The notes beneath the pieces were generated by a model that saw only the letters and a list, made by a program, of their open reading frames with translations, was not told where the DNA came from and did not search any database. A program made the translations under genes and the position numbers. Shown in pieces: positions 1 through 13,164 of a stretch of 64,000 bases of DNA. Within the stretch, counting starts at the first letter, position 1, and the number at the start of each line of letters is the position of its first letter. The stretch comes from Pocillopora damicornis (Eukaryota), in the NCBI RefSeq assembly GCF_003704095.1, contig NW_020846105.1:124001-188000 (forward strand), in the 5' to 3' direction.

Positions 1-377
1 GTTGGCCTCTATTCTTTGTTACAACAACATTGNNNNNNNNNNNNNNNNNNNNNNNNNNNNNNNNNNNNNNNNNNNNNNNNNNNNNNNNNNNNNNNNNNNN
101 NNNNNNNNNNNNNNNNNNNNNNNNNNNNNNNNTGCGGTTAAGTCATTGGTTCTCAAAATGATTAAAGCTAGACATATTAGACTTTTGTTTTACCAAATAT
201 CTTTTGTTAATAATTGACGTGTTGCGCGTAATGTATAGCACCATGAAATCGGTCGTCGATTGTTCGAGATTTATCAGGTTTAAAATAAATATTAGATTAA
301 TTAGACTATTGTTAATTTTTCCCAAAAATGGTTTCTTTGAATGAACTTCGTTTTAACCACAGTATCAGCTCTCTTAC

Positions 378-3300
378 CATGAACCTGTACCAATGTAATG
401 CTCTTCTCTGCTGCAACAAGCTCTCCCTTTGCACAGACGTCCACTTTCTGAGGGCTGGTTTTTGGAGTTGTGGAGTGTATGCCTATCTTGTCTCCACCTG
501 TTTATTAAGAAAAGCATCAATATCAGTATCTGAGAAACTGCACATCTACCCCCCCCCCAACCCAACTGCAGTCAAGCGATAAGAAGTTAGGCTTTATCTT
601 GAGTTTGGGGAGGAGTAGGTGCGCAGTTGCTCAGACACTGACATTGATCCAAAAACCGTTCACACTGTCAAACAATGAATACATATTTACTATTAAAAAA
701 AAAATCACTTACTCATAGGGCCGCTTGCATACACAAGATGCCATGTCTTCGTAAGATCCACCATCTTGTCATCTTTCTTCTTCCTTTTAAAGCTATTTTA
801 AATAACGACAACCGTGTTTTATTATCTCTCATTTCTAGAAAGGGAAGAATTTCTACCTAATTTCTTGTAGTATTTCTTCCTCTGGTGTTTTCATATCATT
901 AAAAAGTTAGAGGAAAACGGAACTAAGCACAAACGACAAAATAACCCTACCCCACCCCTGACACTCTGGATCCGAGGCTTCCTGGCCTCGGTTTAGGGAG
1001 GAGACTCCAATGGCTTAGGATCAAGATGTCCAGATTCGAACCTTGACTGGTTCATCATGTTGTGATTTTGAGCCATAATTTACATTCTCAGTGCCTCTTT
1101 AAGCTCAAGGACAAAAATAGGAGTCCATGAAAGTTAAGGAAAACTTGTAGGTTTGATCCACTTGTGATACTCTCGCAGATGGAATGGGACTTACCGACAG
1201 GCAACAACTCCATCTTTTGATTCAGCAAGAGTTACAATAATAGAGGCGGGTGTCTGGAATACAAAAATACGTCAATTATCACACACTTAATCGAAACTCG
1301 CAAAAACTCAGTTTATCTGCGCGTTTTCATCTCTATACTCATTATTTCATGTTGTGATCCATACAAGCTATATCTAAACTGGTAACCTGGTAAAAATACC
1401 GCTGGACAGTTGAGGATGCCAGGTACTTACAGGTGTGGTCTTCGTAGGTCTACCGTACCCTTGGTCGGCCATATAATGTTCTACAGTGACATTATTCTTG
1501 ACTTCAGCGCATATTAAGGCATCGGTGCCATCCTAAAAAAAAGCAAATAACAAGCAGTGCTGTCAACGATTTGATCATTACCACCAGAACAGAAATGGCT
1601 CTTTTTNNNNNNNNNNNNNNNNNNNNNNNNNNNNNNNNNNNNNNNNNNNNNNNNNNNNNNNNNNNNNNNNNNNNNNNNNNNNNNNNNNNNNNNNNNNNNN
1701 NNNNNNTGAGGCGCAGCTGAGTATGTCACTGATGTTCAACTTGGAATCTATTTGTTAAACTGGTAACCTGGTAAAAATACCACTGGACAGTCGAGGATGC
1801 CAGGTACTTACAGGGGTGGTCTTTGTAGGTCTACCATACCCTTGGTCGGCCATATAATGTTCTACAGTGACTTTATCATTGACTTCAGCGCAGATTAAGG
1901 CATCGGTGCCATCCTGAAAACAAGTAAATAACAAACAGTGCTGTCAACAATCTAATTATTATCACCAGAACAGAAATGGCTCTTTTTTCGTTGCATGACA
2001 GAATGATATTCTGCAGTGATTGTCGTGGGGGTTAGGACCAGTTAGCCCTTTAACTCCCAAGATCTCATTTAGTAATTCTCTGACATACAATTCTTATGAT
2101 GTTAGTTCTGAAAATTTGTTATTGGATTAACTAATAATTGAAATTTTTCTTGATCCTCAACACTTTTCTGTTTCATATTGTATTGATATGGTAGGGAGGA
2201 GTTCTGTCTTGGTCACTCATGGGAGTTAGAGGGTTACAGAGATTACTGAAGTAAGTAAGAGGAAAGATAGAAATTAAACAGGAACCTTCACTGGGTAGTA
2301 TGCAGCCTGAACTGCAGATCACCTGTTTAATCAAGTTATGACTGGGGTCATACTTCCTTCTGATTAGTTGAGTTTTTTTGCCAATCACAATCACTGTGTA
2401 TTCCCAGAAGTCAATCAATGGCTGCCTTGGATACTTAGCATATGAAATTTTGCCAACATATTGTGACGTCATAACATGACGTATAAATCTGACAAAGCAC
2501 TGTGGCTTGAAAAAGAAACAATAATGTTACCTTAAATCACAAGCTTAACATTTCAATAACTACAATAATTTTTTTCTCACCATCTTGTCCTTTTCATTGT
2601 TAAAACCAATGGCCACCCATTGTTTCTTAGCGCTAAGCTCAAATTCCACTTCGCCTGACTCTCCCTGGTCCCCCGTGGGTTTCATGGTCACAAGATAATC
2701 ACAGTCTTTGCTAGACTTGCAGTTTGCAGGCTCAGAATAGCAGCTCTTTGTCTTCCTGCACCCATCTTTGGTTATCTTTAGTAACAAGAACATGAGAGCA
2801 AAACATTTATGAATGACACTCATGGTTTACTTGTGAGTTAGGTCATTTACATACGGTTCTTCAATTTTCCTCTTTATTCCAACAAAGATAAAAAGTATTA
2901 NNNNNNNNNNNNNNNNNNNNNNNNNNNNNNNNNNNNNNNNNNNNNNNNNNNNNNNNNNNNNNNNNNNNNNNNNNNNNNNNNNNNNNNNNNNNNNNNNNNN
3001 TTATTCTTTCAAACACAGTTTTATCAAAACACTTGTCGATAATTTCATTTATGGGAGGAGCACTGTATTTCACTTTTTATTCCAAGTATCGTGTTGATTT
3101 GTTAGTTGGGGATATAACAGCTCGGAGTTAGTTTCTCATTTGCTTATGATAATGAAAGATAAACCTACAGAAAGTTTTTACAGGTTCACTGGAAGAGTAA
3201 AATATTTTGGATAAATGTCAGTATCTAAGCAACTACGCACCTACCCCTCCCCAAACTCAACATGAGCCATAACTTGTTATAAATTGACTGTCGTTGGGTC

Positions 3301-6300
3301 AGTGGAAGGTGTAGGTGCGTATAGCCGCTCAGATACTGGCATTCATCCACATTTTGATTGTCATTTCTCAGCTTCACCGATTGTTAATGGTCTTGACAGT
3401 TGTACTAACTATCCTTGGAGTTATCATCATCTTTGTTCATGCTGGTCGCTGGACCAAGGTAGGACTAAATCTTCATATCCTGTATCTTCTCTATAATGGT
3501 TAGCTGGGGACATTAGGGAACCCACGCACTTCTCGCAAAGTGAAATTTCCTTTAAAAAATATTGTTAACTGCCTTAAGCAGTCTGGCCACAGTCCTCTAG
3601 AAACTGATGTAAATGATATATGCGCATTAGGGCATATTCATATGCACTATTATTATTATCTCTTTGACCTGCGTGACACCTCAGCCAATCACAACCAGTT
3701 AACCAGTGACAACATCAATTTACATCATATCCCGGCGCAAAGCACAGGTCAAGAGTTTTCTAGAGGTGGATTGTTGACAGAACAAGAGGCTAGGCTTGTA
3801 TTAGGCCTATCGATTGGCTACATGGATAGATAGTTCCCAGCCTTCTTTTTTCTTTTTACTCACAGGAAGCTGGTGCTCATCCAATCACTGGTATATTTGT
3901 ACTGGTGCTTGCTGTTATTCAACCAATTATGGCAGTATTCAGACCCCACCCTGGAGAAGAAAAGTATGTTTGGAGAATATTTTTTCTCTCTTTTCTCTTT
4001 TGTATCCTCAGTGTTCATGTTCCTTATTGTTGGTGTTGCTTTTCTTTAGACGCTACATCTTCAACTGGGCTCATCGTGGTGTGGGGCTGTCCGCACTAAT
4101 CCTGGCTGGTAAGGAGTCTTTTGAATCAATATCGCTTTAGAATGATCACTGGCTCAGCTCTTTCGCTCCTTGAGCTGAAAAACTGGTTACTCCTTGTTAC
4201 ACTAACAATACACTGTGACACCAGATTCCCTTGATTAGTTTATATAGAAAATGGAAACTAGCCCAGTAGATGGGAGAATTGCAAAGCAGATCTCAGAAGT
4301 TAAAGGAAGATGATACTGTGTGGAAAATGTTTGCAACTTTCTCTGAAACATCACACAAAGTCATACACTTTAGAGATCACTGAACTGTCAAACAAATTAG
4401 AGGCTGATATTATCTGCAATTCCCACTGATGGTTTTGGAAAATTTCTTTAGATACTAACCACTAATTTTTATAATACATCTTAAACTTCTCTTTGTTAAA
4501 CTTCACAGTGGTGACTGTGTTCTTTGGTCTTCGCCTTCCTGATTCAAGGCTAGGTGACTCCGCCCTGTACCCCATGGTCGCCTACTGTGTGGCTTTGACT
4601 CTTGTGGTTGCTTACGACATCTATGATACTTTGTCAACGCCACAGGGCGAAGTATTTTTCAGTGTTGTTCCATCGGGAGGGAATGAAGGTGATTACTTGT
4701 GGAGTTAGGAAACTGAGTTTTAATCAGAACTGATCATCCAGCTGACTTGTTAATTTATTGGGAGAACTCTGTTATTAATCAGAACTGTCTGGCAAGATCA
4801 GTCAGTGTCTAGATTTTATACACTATTTTAAGGAAATGTTTCAAAGTTAGATGAAAGCATACAAAAAAGGTCATATTCTTCTGTAAACTTACCATTCTTT
4901 TGGCCATTTTTGATTGATTCTAATCTCCCTCACGTGACTGAATGACTATCGACTGTTATCATCACACTAAAGATACAAAACAATGCCCATGTAACACAAA
5001 TGTAAACTCTCGAAATGCACACTAACGGTTAATGGATTTCAGTCATATTCAATACTTTTGGTCTGTGAATTCCATATATGCTAGTCACATGACTCTTGTT
5101 GTATCTTTTTGTTTATTTTAATGACAGATGAAGATGTTGAATTGCAGCCCCCTGACATTCCGGTATAAAAAATTCATTTCAGTATATCTTGTTCAGTTGT
5201 GTCTTTTGTTGTGCTTAATTCTGGTCCCAAGGAAGAAACAAGTAAAGTTTGTTGAAGGCGATTTAACAAATTTAAACGCTTTCATACCCTAACTTGTTAA
5301 CTCCATGTATGACCAAGACAGAATGTCTTGTTACAATTACTAGTGATGAGAACATAGAAAAATATTTATATGGGGATTATTAATTGATCTAATACCAAAT
5401 TCTCCAAACAAACACCATAAGAATTGTATGACAGACAGTGAGGAGAAATACTAATGAGATTTTGGGAGTAAAAGGTTAAATGACGTCAGTGCATTATGAT
5501 CAGCGATATAGGTGACGTAAAATGCATTCTTTAGGAACTCCTGCTGAAGTAGAAATTCTTAATTTCCTTCTCTTCCAGTTGTCCAAGCTTTGTGTGCAAA
5601 TAGGGTATTACTCTCTGTGGATGTTTTCTTTCGGTTCTCACCTGCTGTTACTTTTTTTTCCTTTTGCAGACTGTAAATGAACACAAATTTCTGTTTGCCT
5701 TTACGGTTCTTGTTTCAGTTGGTGTTGTGATTGCACTTTTGGTGCTGATTGCAATCGCTGACAGGGAATCTCACAAACATGATCACGACAGCTAAATTAA
5801 AAGTCAAGGAGTGAGTTTATAAGGGTGTGCTATTATTTTAATATGCGGACCAATCAATCCCTAAGTTGAAAGTGCAGAGACTTGTAGAAAGAATCTATCT
5901 GAATTTTCTTCCTGAAATCATTAAACTGAAATTTTTCATTTTCTTGTACAGTCCTTTAAATCTCATCCATTGTTTATCATCTGTATTTCTTTTATTTATN
6001 NNNNNNNNNNNNNNNNNNNNNNNNNNNNNNNNNNNNNNNNNNNNNNNNNNNNNNNNNNNNNNNNNNNNNNNNNNNNNNNNNNNNNNNNNNNNNNNNNNNC
6101 CCCCCCCCCTCCTTCATCTGTTTTTCCCTCAATTGCCTTTCTTTTCAAATCATTCCCACAAAATTAGTTCCTTGAAGAGGTTGCTGAGACGTCAAATAGA
6201 GAACTCTATTGTAAGAGTGATTGTACGTACTTGTTTTACCCCAGGAGAAGAGCAGATACCATTTCTTGGTTAGATCTCTAAAGTAGACTGCATTTGAGGT

Positions 6301-9300
6301 AAGTTTACGAGTGACCCTGAGGTAGAGAGACAGAAGAGAAATTGTTAACTTGAAAAGAGAAATAAAAAGTAAAACTCATTTGAAAAATCTTTGAGAATCC
6401 ATCCCTTTATTACAATTTTTTCTTTTTTCAGCATCAACACTAAGGTTGTTTCCAACATATTTCCATGACAGTAGCCAAAGACGTTCATCAGTCAAAGGGT
6501 AAGGAACAGTGGGATCTCATGAGCATTTGATGGGTTAAGAGGATGGCACAAGTTTTCTAAACCAATTAGAGAGCAAAGTAAAGAAAGACAAAGCAATGAA
6601 AATTGCTCTGTTTGTTACTAAGACTTGTCAGCAACCTTTTTTACCAACCTGCACTTTATCCCACCATCCTCATAAACTATCTTGTCAAAGGTGACGTCAG
6701 AGTTACCAGTCTGAGAGAGAAATTATCTTATGAAGGATCTTATCACCCAATATGTTCTACTAATTATGAGGATGACACTGTCATGCTATAAAGAAATAGC
6801 CAGATATTCCTCACCAGGTCCTGTCGGACAACACTGTGACCAATAGAATAGAAATGACGAAATTCTGCCAAATTAGTTGCCATGGTAGTGCACATTATGG
6901 AGTCCATCTTATCCTTAAGAAGGAGAACAACAAAAACAGACAAAATTTGTTGCCTGAGAAAATGTATGAACATAAAAGATCATGAAAACATGCAAATAAG
7001 CTGAATTTTCTATGGTGTTTCCTCTTACCATTAGCTTATTTTCATTAAAAGCAACTGCCACCCAGCGCTCTTTAGCACTCATGTCTATGATAACATTTCT
7101 TCCAGAAACATTGTAAGTGAAAAGATAGGTACAGTCTCCACTTCCAGCGCAGTTTGATGGTAAGGAGTAACACCCTTTGGTCTCTCCACATCCCTTTTTG
7201 TCAATCTACAATGTAAAATGGTTCCAGAACAAAGGGTCATGGAAATAAGGCTTCATGATAGAAAACCATACATTTGCTGGGCCCATTTTTTGATAGCCTC
7301 ACCTGAAAGCTCTCCATTGAAGTCCCTCTAGTGACATTCTCCACTGGCGGACCGTGAACAACAGGTGAAGTAACTTTTTCCCAGAAAGTGGAATAGTTCT
7401 GAACGATGGTTGCGCTATATATAGAAAATAAATAACATGTGAAAGTCTGCAAAAGGCAGGGACCTCATATTTAAACATATTTCCTGAAGGAACTCTGTCT
7501 ACACAGTTAAACTGTGGAGTGCCTTGCACAAGGGGCTTAGTGTAACAAAACACTTACAATAATGCAACAATCAATTCTAAGCTTCAACATTTCCATTTGG
7601 GCAACCCACATACATTTGATTGTCCTTCATGCCTGGACAGTGGGGTAGAAAATTTGAACCTTGCCTGGGTGGGGTGGGGAATTTGAACCAAAAGTATCAA
7701 GTCTTTCCAGGGGAACACACATTTTATCTTTTAATATGGAGGTGCTTAAAGAAAAAGAGTTCACTTTCACAAGCAGATGGAGGAGGAAAGGAGGAGGAGG
7801 TCTACAGGGTCTAAGTTTTAGGTTTCACCAAATAATTGACCATCAAATCTGGCACTTGGGAAAGGACATTTGAACTCAATTTTGGCCTTAGGGTGGGTTT
7901 TTGATAAACTCCCAGGTGGAGGGAGGTGGAAACGTCAAATTGACCAACATATTACATTTCACAACCACCCCCAATTCCCCACCCCCGACCCCCCCATTTC
8001 AACATGTTAAGCTTAATATTATGACCTTTAAAACAAACACATTTGTTACTAACATGAAGCTGATGTTCCCTGCGCTCTTTTCAGGAGCCATCCAAGTGAA
8101 CTGAAGTGAATTCAAATTCTTAGCTGGCTTAGGATTGTTTTGACCAACTGTGTTCTAAATATAAGCAGAAAAGAGAAACCAACAACAAGACATCTATAAC
8201 GTTTATTGACTTTAAAAGAATTTGAAATAAATATGCAGTACCTTACCTTTGGATTACCTCCAGAACAGTAAAAATAAGCTGTATCTACAAGAGGAAAAAA
8301 AATATGTCTGCTTGTCCACTAACGCTTCCAAAAAAAAAGAAAAGGTATGACCACCATTCTTTCACCAAAGATCAGCCAGAAATGTTGTATCCTTTGTCAG
8401 CCAGGGACTCCTGTTTCCTTTCTTTGTTTGTTTGCAAGAATAGTTAAGGAGAAATTACTTGGATCTAATTTGATGCCCTAGGGGTGTCAGCAGAATTCTC
8501 CAATGGGGGGGGAAGTCCTATACAAGGGTTGTACTGGGAATTTTGGGGCATTCAAGTTTCAGTGTTATAAACAATTAACAATCTTCCATGGTAGAAGAAA
8601 ACTTAGAAACCCCTTATTTTCATCTTAAGTTCATGGTAAAAAAGAAAAAGTTACTTTCTTGGATGTCTTGTTCCCATGAACTGTCTTGAATTATACGCAA
8701 GAAGTAAAAGAAGCAGTTTAGAGAATACATACAATTTGGAATTTGAGTAAATGTTCCTACTGGCCAAGGAATTGAGCTTTCAGTCCCCTGTGCATTCAAA
8801 ATGAATCCTGTAAAAGGCTGTGATCCTGAGATGGTCACTGTCAGGTTGTCTCCAGGGCTGTACAAGAGTGCAGACACATTGATGTTATAGGGAGGCAGTC
8901 CTTGTTGTGCCGGGGCATGTTTGTGGTGAGGGAACTTACTCTCACAGGTACTCAATGGAGGACCTTTAGAAAATCCCAACACAGTTGAGACACTGAGGAG
9001 CAGCAGCTGAGCTGTGACCTGAAATAGATTAAAAGAAAGAGTTTTTGCAAACATCACAGTTTCTTTAAATACTGCTTTTTTTACCTTTACTTTTTTCAGG
9101 TACACTAAGAAGGTGATTTAGACCTACCCAAGGACATAAGGTAATAATGAAATTGATTAGATGCTGGAGACAAGAGGTTGTTAAATCTTGTTGCTTAGAT
9201 TTGGAACATAAATGAAGAAAACACATTATCTTAGCTACAATGTTGAGTGTGTGCCTTTGTAAAATTGTGTTTTCCAATCCAATGCATTTTGATCAGCGCA

Positions 9301-9544
9301 AAAAAAGAATCAAAATTATTGACTTGCCTGTTAATATAATTGAAATTCATTCACGGTGATTAAATTCATAACTTGACTCTGGTGGGAATACATTATAATT
9401 GTATTTGACATGCAATGTTTATTTGCAAATGTTACAATAAATAGGTTGAGCTAATGGTTCGCAAAGTTCAAATAATAGAGATTCCAAACTGGAATTCTTC
9501 CAGTTTTACCGTCTTAATAATGACCATCTTAACTTACACCTCAT
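378..9544 (-). CDS. Ferric-chelate reductase 1 (FRRS1/SDR2)-like protein, 5' and central part: signal peptide, Reeler, at least two DOMON domains, start of cytochrome b561
   Basis: Phase-consistent exons on the minus strand. Reeler: 8733-9018 (GFSKGPPLSTC...PYNINVS...GFIL), 8247-8284, 8054-8154 (FTWMAP), ~7304-7415 (ATIVQNYSTFW). DOMON-1: ~7029-7205 (IDKKGCGETKGCY...WVAVAFNENKLM), ~6814-6912, ~6649-6710, ~6231-6316 (DLTKKWYLLFSWG). DOMON-2: 2581-2775 (ITKDGCRKTKSCY...WVAIGFNNEKDKM), 1812-1913 and/or 1431-1532, 1195-1253, 713-792 (DLTKTWHLVYASG). Exon 378-497 ends SITLVQVHG, the first heme-ligand His of b561. The first exons (ATG 9544, ~9128-9234) are tentative. Confidence 0.85.
517..648. mobile_element. 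Palindromic ~130-bp MITE-like element, family A (copy 1)
   Basis: tcaatatcagtatctgagaaactgcacatctacccc ... ggagtaggtgcgcagttgctcagacactgacattga form ~45-bp imperfect inverted arms. Homologous to 3209-3350 and 60923-61047. Confidence 0.7.
1375..1988. repeat. Direct duplication of ~230 bp (1375-1606 and 1756-1988) containing a 102-nt DOMON exon, on either side of the gap 1607-1706
   Basis: Both copies start taaactggtaacctggtaaaaatacc and end cagaacagaaatggctctttt, with scattered substitutions. Confidence 0.9.
2042..2237. mobile_element. ~200-bp non-autonomous element, family B (TTAA-CCC...GGG-TTAA ends, piggyBac-like MITE)
   Basis: Left end ttagccctttaactcccaagatctc, right end catgggagttagagggttac. 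Internal sequence is shared with the copies at 5290-5479, 11453-11670 and 18218-18420. Confidence 0.65.
3209..3350. mobile_element. Palindromic MITE-like element, family A (copy 2)
   Basis: ggataaatgtcagtatctaagcaactacgcacctac ... gtaggtgcgtatagccgctcagatactggcattcatcc inverted arms. Confidence 0.7.
3372..5795 (+). CDS. C-terminal cytochrome b561 transmembrane exons of an FRRS1-like reductase, on a contig opposite in orientation to the rest of the gene
   Basis: Exons 3372-3458 (LHRLLMVL...), 3866-3963 (AHPITG...QPIMAVFRPHP), 4050-4108 (RYIFNWAHRGVG), 4509-4689, 5129-5162, 5670-5795 (final TM, ...ESHKHDHDS, stop TAA 5793-5795). These carry the other three b561 heme His motifs (LHR, AHP, WAHR). 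Confidence 0.85.
5290..5479. mobile_element. Family B MITE copy (reverse orientation)
   Basis: gaccaagacagaat...taccaaattctccaaac...taagaattgtatg...gagattttgggagtaaaaggttaa is the reverse complement of the 2042-2237 type. Confidence 0.6.
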
Positions 9545-11059
9545 TTCTTTCAAGTCGGTCCCACTTTCCTTTGCAATTTCAAGGGTGACAGCATTTTCTG
9601 GAGAAATCCACTATTTTAATGCCAAGCAATACAAATTTAAATCCAGAACATTTAGTAGATGGCGTCCAGAGAGTGGGATGTATGAGTTAAGCATAATAAG
9701 CGAAAAAAAGCCATTTCTCGAAATACATACCTACAAAACACATACTACCACAGTGAAAATTCGAATCAGGTTTTCACCCAACGATGAAAATTGAAAACCA
9801 AAATGCATCTGAAGTGCCGATTTTTTTTAAATTCAGTATTAATAGCAAAAAACAAAAAACAAAACAAAAAACACAGGAAACAAAAATGAAATGTTGACTT
9901 CATTTTCCAACGTCTTTTAAAATCGTTTGGTTAAGTAGACGTAAGTCCTTAAGTCATCAATATAACGAATATAAATATGTTGGCCGAGGGGGTCGCCCTT
10001 AATTTTTGTTCTTAATGTTAACATTTGGAACGGATGATTGTTTACCTGTACCAAAGAATCTTAATTAAAACATATTTTCCACCGTTTTTCCATTCTTCCA
10101 TTTCTCTTAAGGTGAAATATCAGGAATAAAATCCCGAAACACTAACATATTTCACCTATGAAAATGCCCGCGTCCTATCGTCAAACTAACCTTATCTCAT
10201 ATTACAAAGGTTGTCGCACAGCTTGATGTTTTATTGACTCAGTGTTCTATCACGGATGAATCGATAAAGATTTTCAGAATAGTTTAAAGTAGAGAGAGAA
10301 CTTAACAGTAGACTGAGGATCCACCCTTTAAAAAATTTTGAGTCCTCTACGCACATAGGAAACTTATTACTTAAAAAGGCGCCTTTGCTAAGGTACTTAC
10401 GTCAACATCGGCTTATTATCAGTTACTGGGGCAAGCGAATAATTATTCTTGATTCAGAATACGTTAACTTGGTTTCGGCTTCAAGTTCAATGCAGGGATT
10501 ACTGAAATTAATTGAGTTACGTAAGTGAATAGAACGCAACAACCGCAGCGAGGCCGAAGGTAGACAATATTTGTTGTCATTCGAATGTAATCGAGATGAT
10601 ATTACTCCTCTTAGTATAATTATCAAAATCTACGGTAACATGCGACAGAGATATGACACTGAAGCTCATAAGAACGAAGACAAACCTATTAAAAAAGTTT
10701 GATTTCAATTTAGACAACAGTAACATACAGCAAATATTCCAGTTAACGTACACATGACATCGAGGTATTTTGCATTTGATCATCAGCGAGCATGTCGCAT
10801 CAGAAAAATTCGCTTGGAAAAAATTATTTTCAATTGTTATCAACAATAATTAGAATTAAAATCACCTGTAACACGAAAATCATAGTGGTTTTCCGCCACA
10901 GATATTTCCTTAGCGAAATTTTACAAGTGGCTGCCGACTATCGAGGTCTCACACAAGTGAGCAGTCACGCAGCAACCTGGAAAGCGTGACGCTTGATCTC
11001 TTAGGCTTCCCACTCCTCCTCAAACCTTACATTTTCCCCATACTTTAGTGGATTTCAAA

Positions 11060-12503
11060 ATGGCTGCACAGGCTGTGAAAACCCGTCAGGTAAAAGTACC
11101 TTTTTCGTGAATCACAAGTTCTGCAGCGTGGTTTTTTGATAATTATCTTACTTTCTAGACTGCGGCAATTATCGAAGGAACCCACACAGAAGTGTTTTGT
11201 TCTGCTTATCAGGACAGAATCTTTTTGATCGTTTCACAGTTTGAGAAGATTGGAACGTTGGTGAGTGTTGGTGTCCTAAGTTTTTGTTACATTTTTTCTT
11301 TGATACCTGTTTCGGTGATTGGATGATTGGATGATTGAGTGATGATTTACACCAAGATCTCTGAGCGTAAATTAGAATAATTTCAACCATTGTATCAAAA
11401 ACAATTTTGAGCTTCATGTGATCTTTGGCTGATATGTATTGTTACATTATCCATAACACGTTTTCACTCCTAAGATCTCATTTGTAATCTTCCTTATTGT
11501 CTTGCTTAAATTTTTATCATGTATGGTTGGAGAATTTTGTTTTGGATCAACTAATAAACCCCCTAGTTGATGTTTTCCTGTATTTTCATCACTTGTCTGC
11601 TAGGTTTTGTATTGATGTTTTCAGGTGAAATTTTGTTTTGGTTGCCCATGGGAGTTATTAAAAGGGTTGACAGGAGATTGTTCGAACATATTTGCTGGTG
11701 TTGTTAATCATTTCAAACGGTCTGATGGGCTTCTTTGGATGTGAAGTTGCATCAGGTTACCAATAGGCTCCTCGTAATCCTTTTGACATTGAGAACTTAA
11801 AGCTTTGAGTATGTTAATTTGCATAAACTAAGTTCCTTCAATAATCATCTGTGCATTGAACACCCTTGCAGGTTAGTGTAAATAGGATGTCTCCAACAGA
11901 GAGCTCATCCAAAAGAGAGGCACAGACATTCAACACAAGAATACTCATGGGCAGTGATGAGGTTTGTTCAAGTTCTATACATAAAAAGGAACAAGGAAAG
12001 ACTGCAAAAAAGTCACATTTTCATGCTCACTAAATTAATTAATAGGCTAATAAATATAATGGGTAACTTAGTGTTAACAACTGAGTTGAAAACATAAATT
12101 AGCCACCGTAAAGGGTAAAAAAGCTGAACTTTCTAGCGTTAGCCCTTACCCCTTTAGTAAATACAGTGGTCTACCATGTGTAGTCTTTTAAGGTGTATGA
12201 AGAAATTCACTCTAAATACTGTCAATGAGTGGAAAATTATTCATGATTACAACAGGTTTTTGAGAGGATGGACTGTTACTGACAGAAGGTTAATATCACT
12301 TCATTCATTGACTTATGCTTGTATTTATTTTTTAACATGTTATTACATTGCAGGAAATCTGGCATGTTTATGCTAAACAGATTGGAGCCCTTATAACTGA
12401 GCATGCCAGCAAACCAGTTCTTTTGGGTATTGCACTCAAGAAACATTCACCACAGATACTACAGCAGATTTTAAAACTACTTGAAACAAATAGAGTCTGG
12501 TGA
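11060..12503 (+). CDS. PSMG3: Proteasome assembly chaperone 3 (PAC3)
   Basis: Four exons not in the ORF track: 11060-11089, 11159-11260, ~11872-11961, ~12354-12503. Translation MAAQAVKTRQTAAIIEGTHTEVFCSAYQDRIFLIVSQFEKIGTLVSV...FNTRILMGSDEEIWHVYAKQIG...KPVLLGIALK...NRVW* matches the PAC3 pattern (VTQFGKMGTL, LLGQDE, HVFAK, C-terminal VW). Confidence 0.9.
11453..11670. mobile_element. Family B MITE copy in PSMG3 intron 2
   Basis: cactcctaagatctcatttgtaat...ggagaattttgttttggatcaactaataa...catgggagttattaaaagggttga. Confidence 0.6.
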
Positions 12504-13164
12504 TAAAGTTTACCTGTCTTAGACAGGAAATGTACAGATTCCTACACAACAATAATTATTGCAATTATTTACAAATGAGTCTGATAAATTTTTGGACAGT
12601 GAAAAGTTTAAATCTCAAGCTTGTTACTCCATGACATAGCTGTGAGTATCAAAACAAGAGCATACAATGCAGAAAAGCCCATAATAATTGATTTTGGAGC
12701 CTTTCAATCCAACCATTAACCGTCACTCACTTTTATATATATATTTTTAAAGTTTCATCTTATGTGAAGTACTTTTTCTTCATGTAAATACATAATACAA
12801 CTAATAACTCAAAGGAAAATGTTTTGTTAAATTAGGTAATAATTTGATGTTTATTTACAGATCTTTTGCTTTCTTCTGCCATCTGTATAACTTTCAAANN
12901 NNNNNNNNNNNNNNNNNNNNNNNNNNNNNNNNNNNNNNNNNNNNNNNNNNNNNNNNNNNNNNNNNNNNNNNNNNNNNNNNNNNNNNNNNNNNNNNNNNAT
13001 ATGTTTGAGAAAGGGTTTCCTATAGAGGTCTTGGCTCAGTTCAAAGCCCTATTTGCAATTGTTTTACACCATGTCTTTACAATCTCTCCAAAGAAGTCTC
13101 TGGCTGACACACTCTTGCTCATTGAGAGCTTGACTGTTTCAAGTTAACTATGTGATTTATAATG

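Noticed and set aside
1008-1105. tRNA-like or SINE-like segment (gattcgaacc B-box-like)
   Set aside because: No cloverleaf can be built. At most a degraded SINE, too weak to call.
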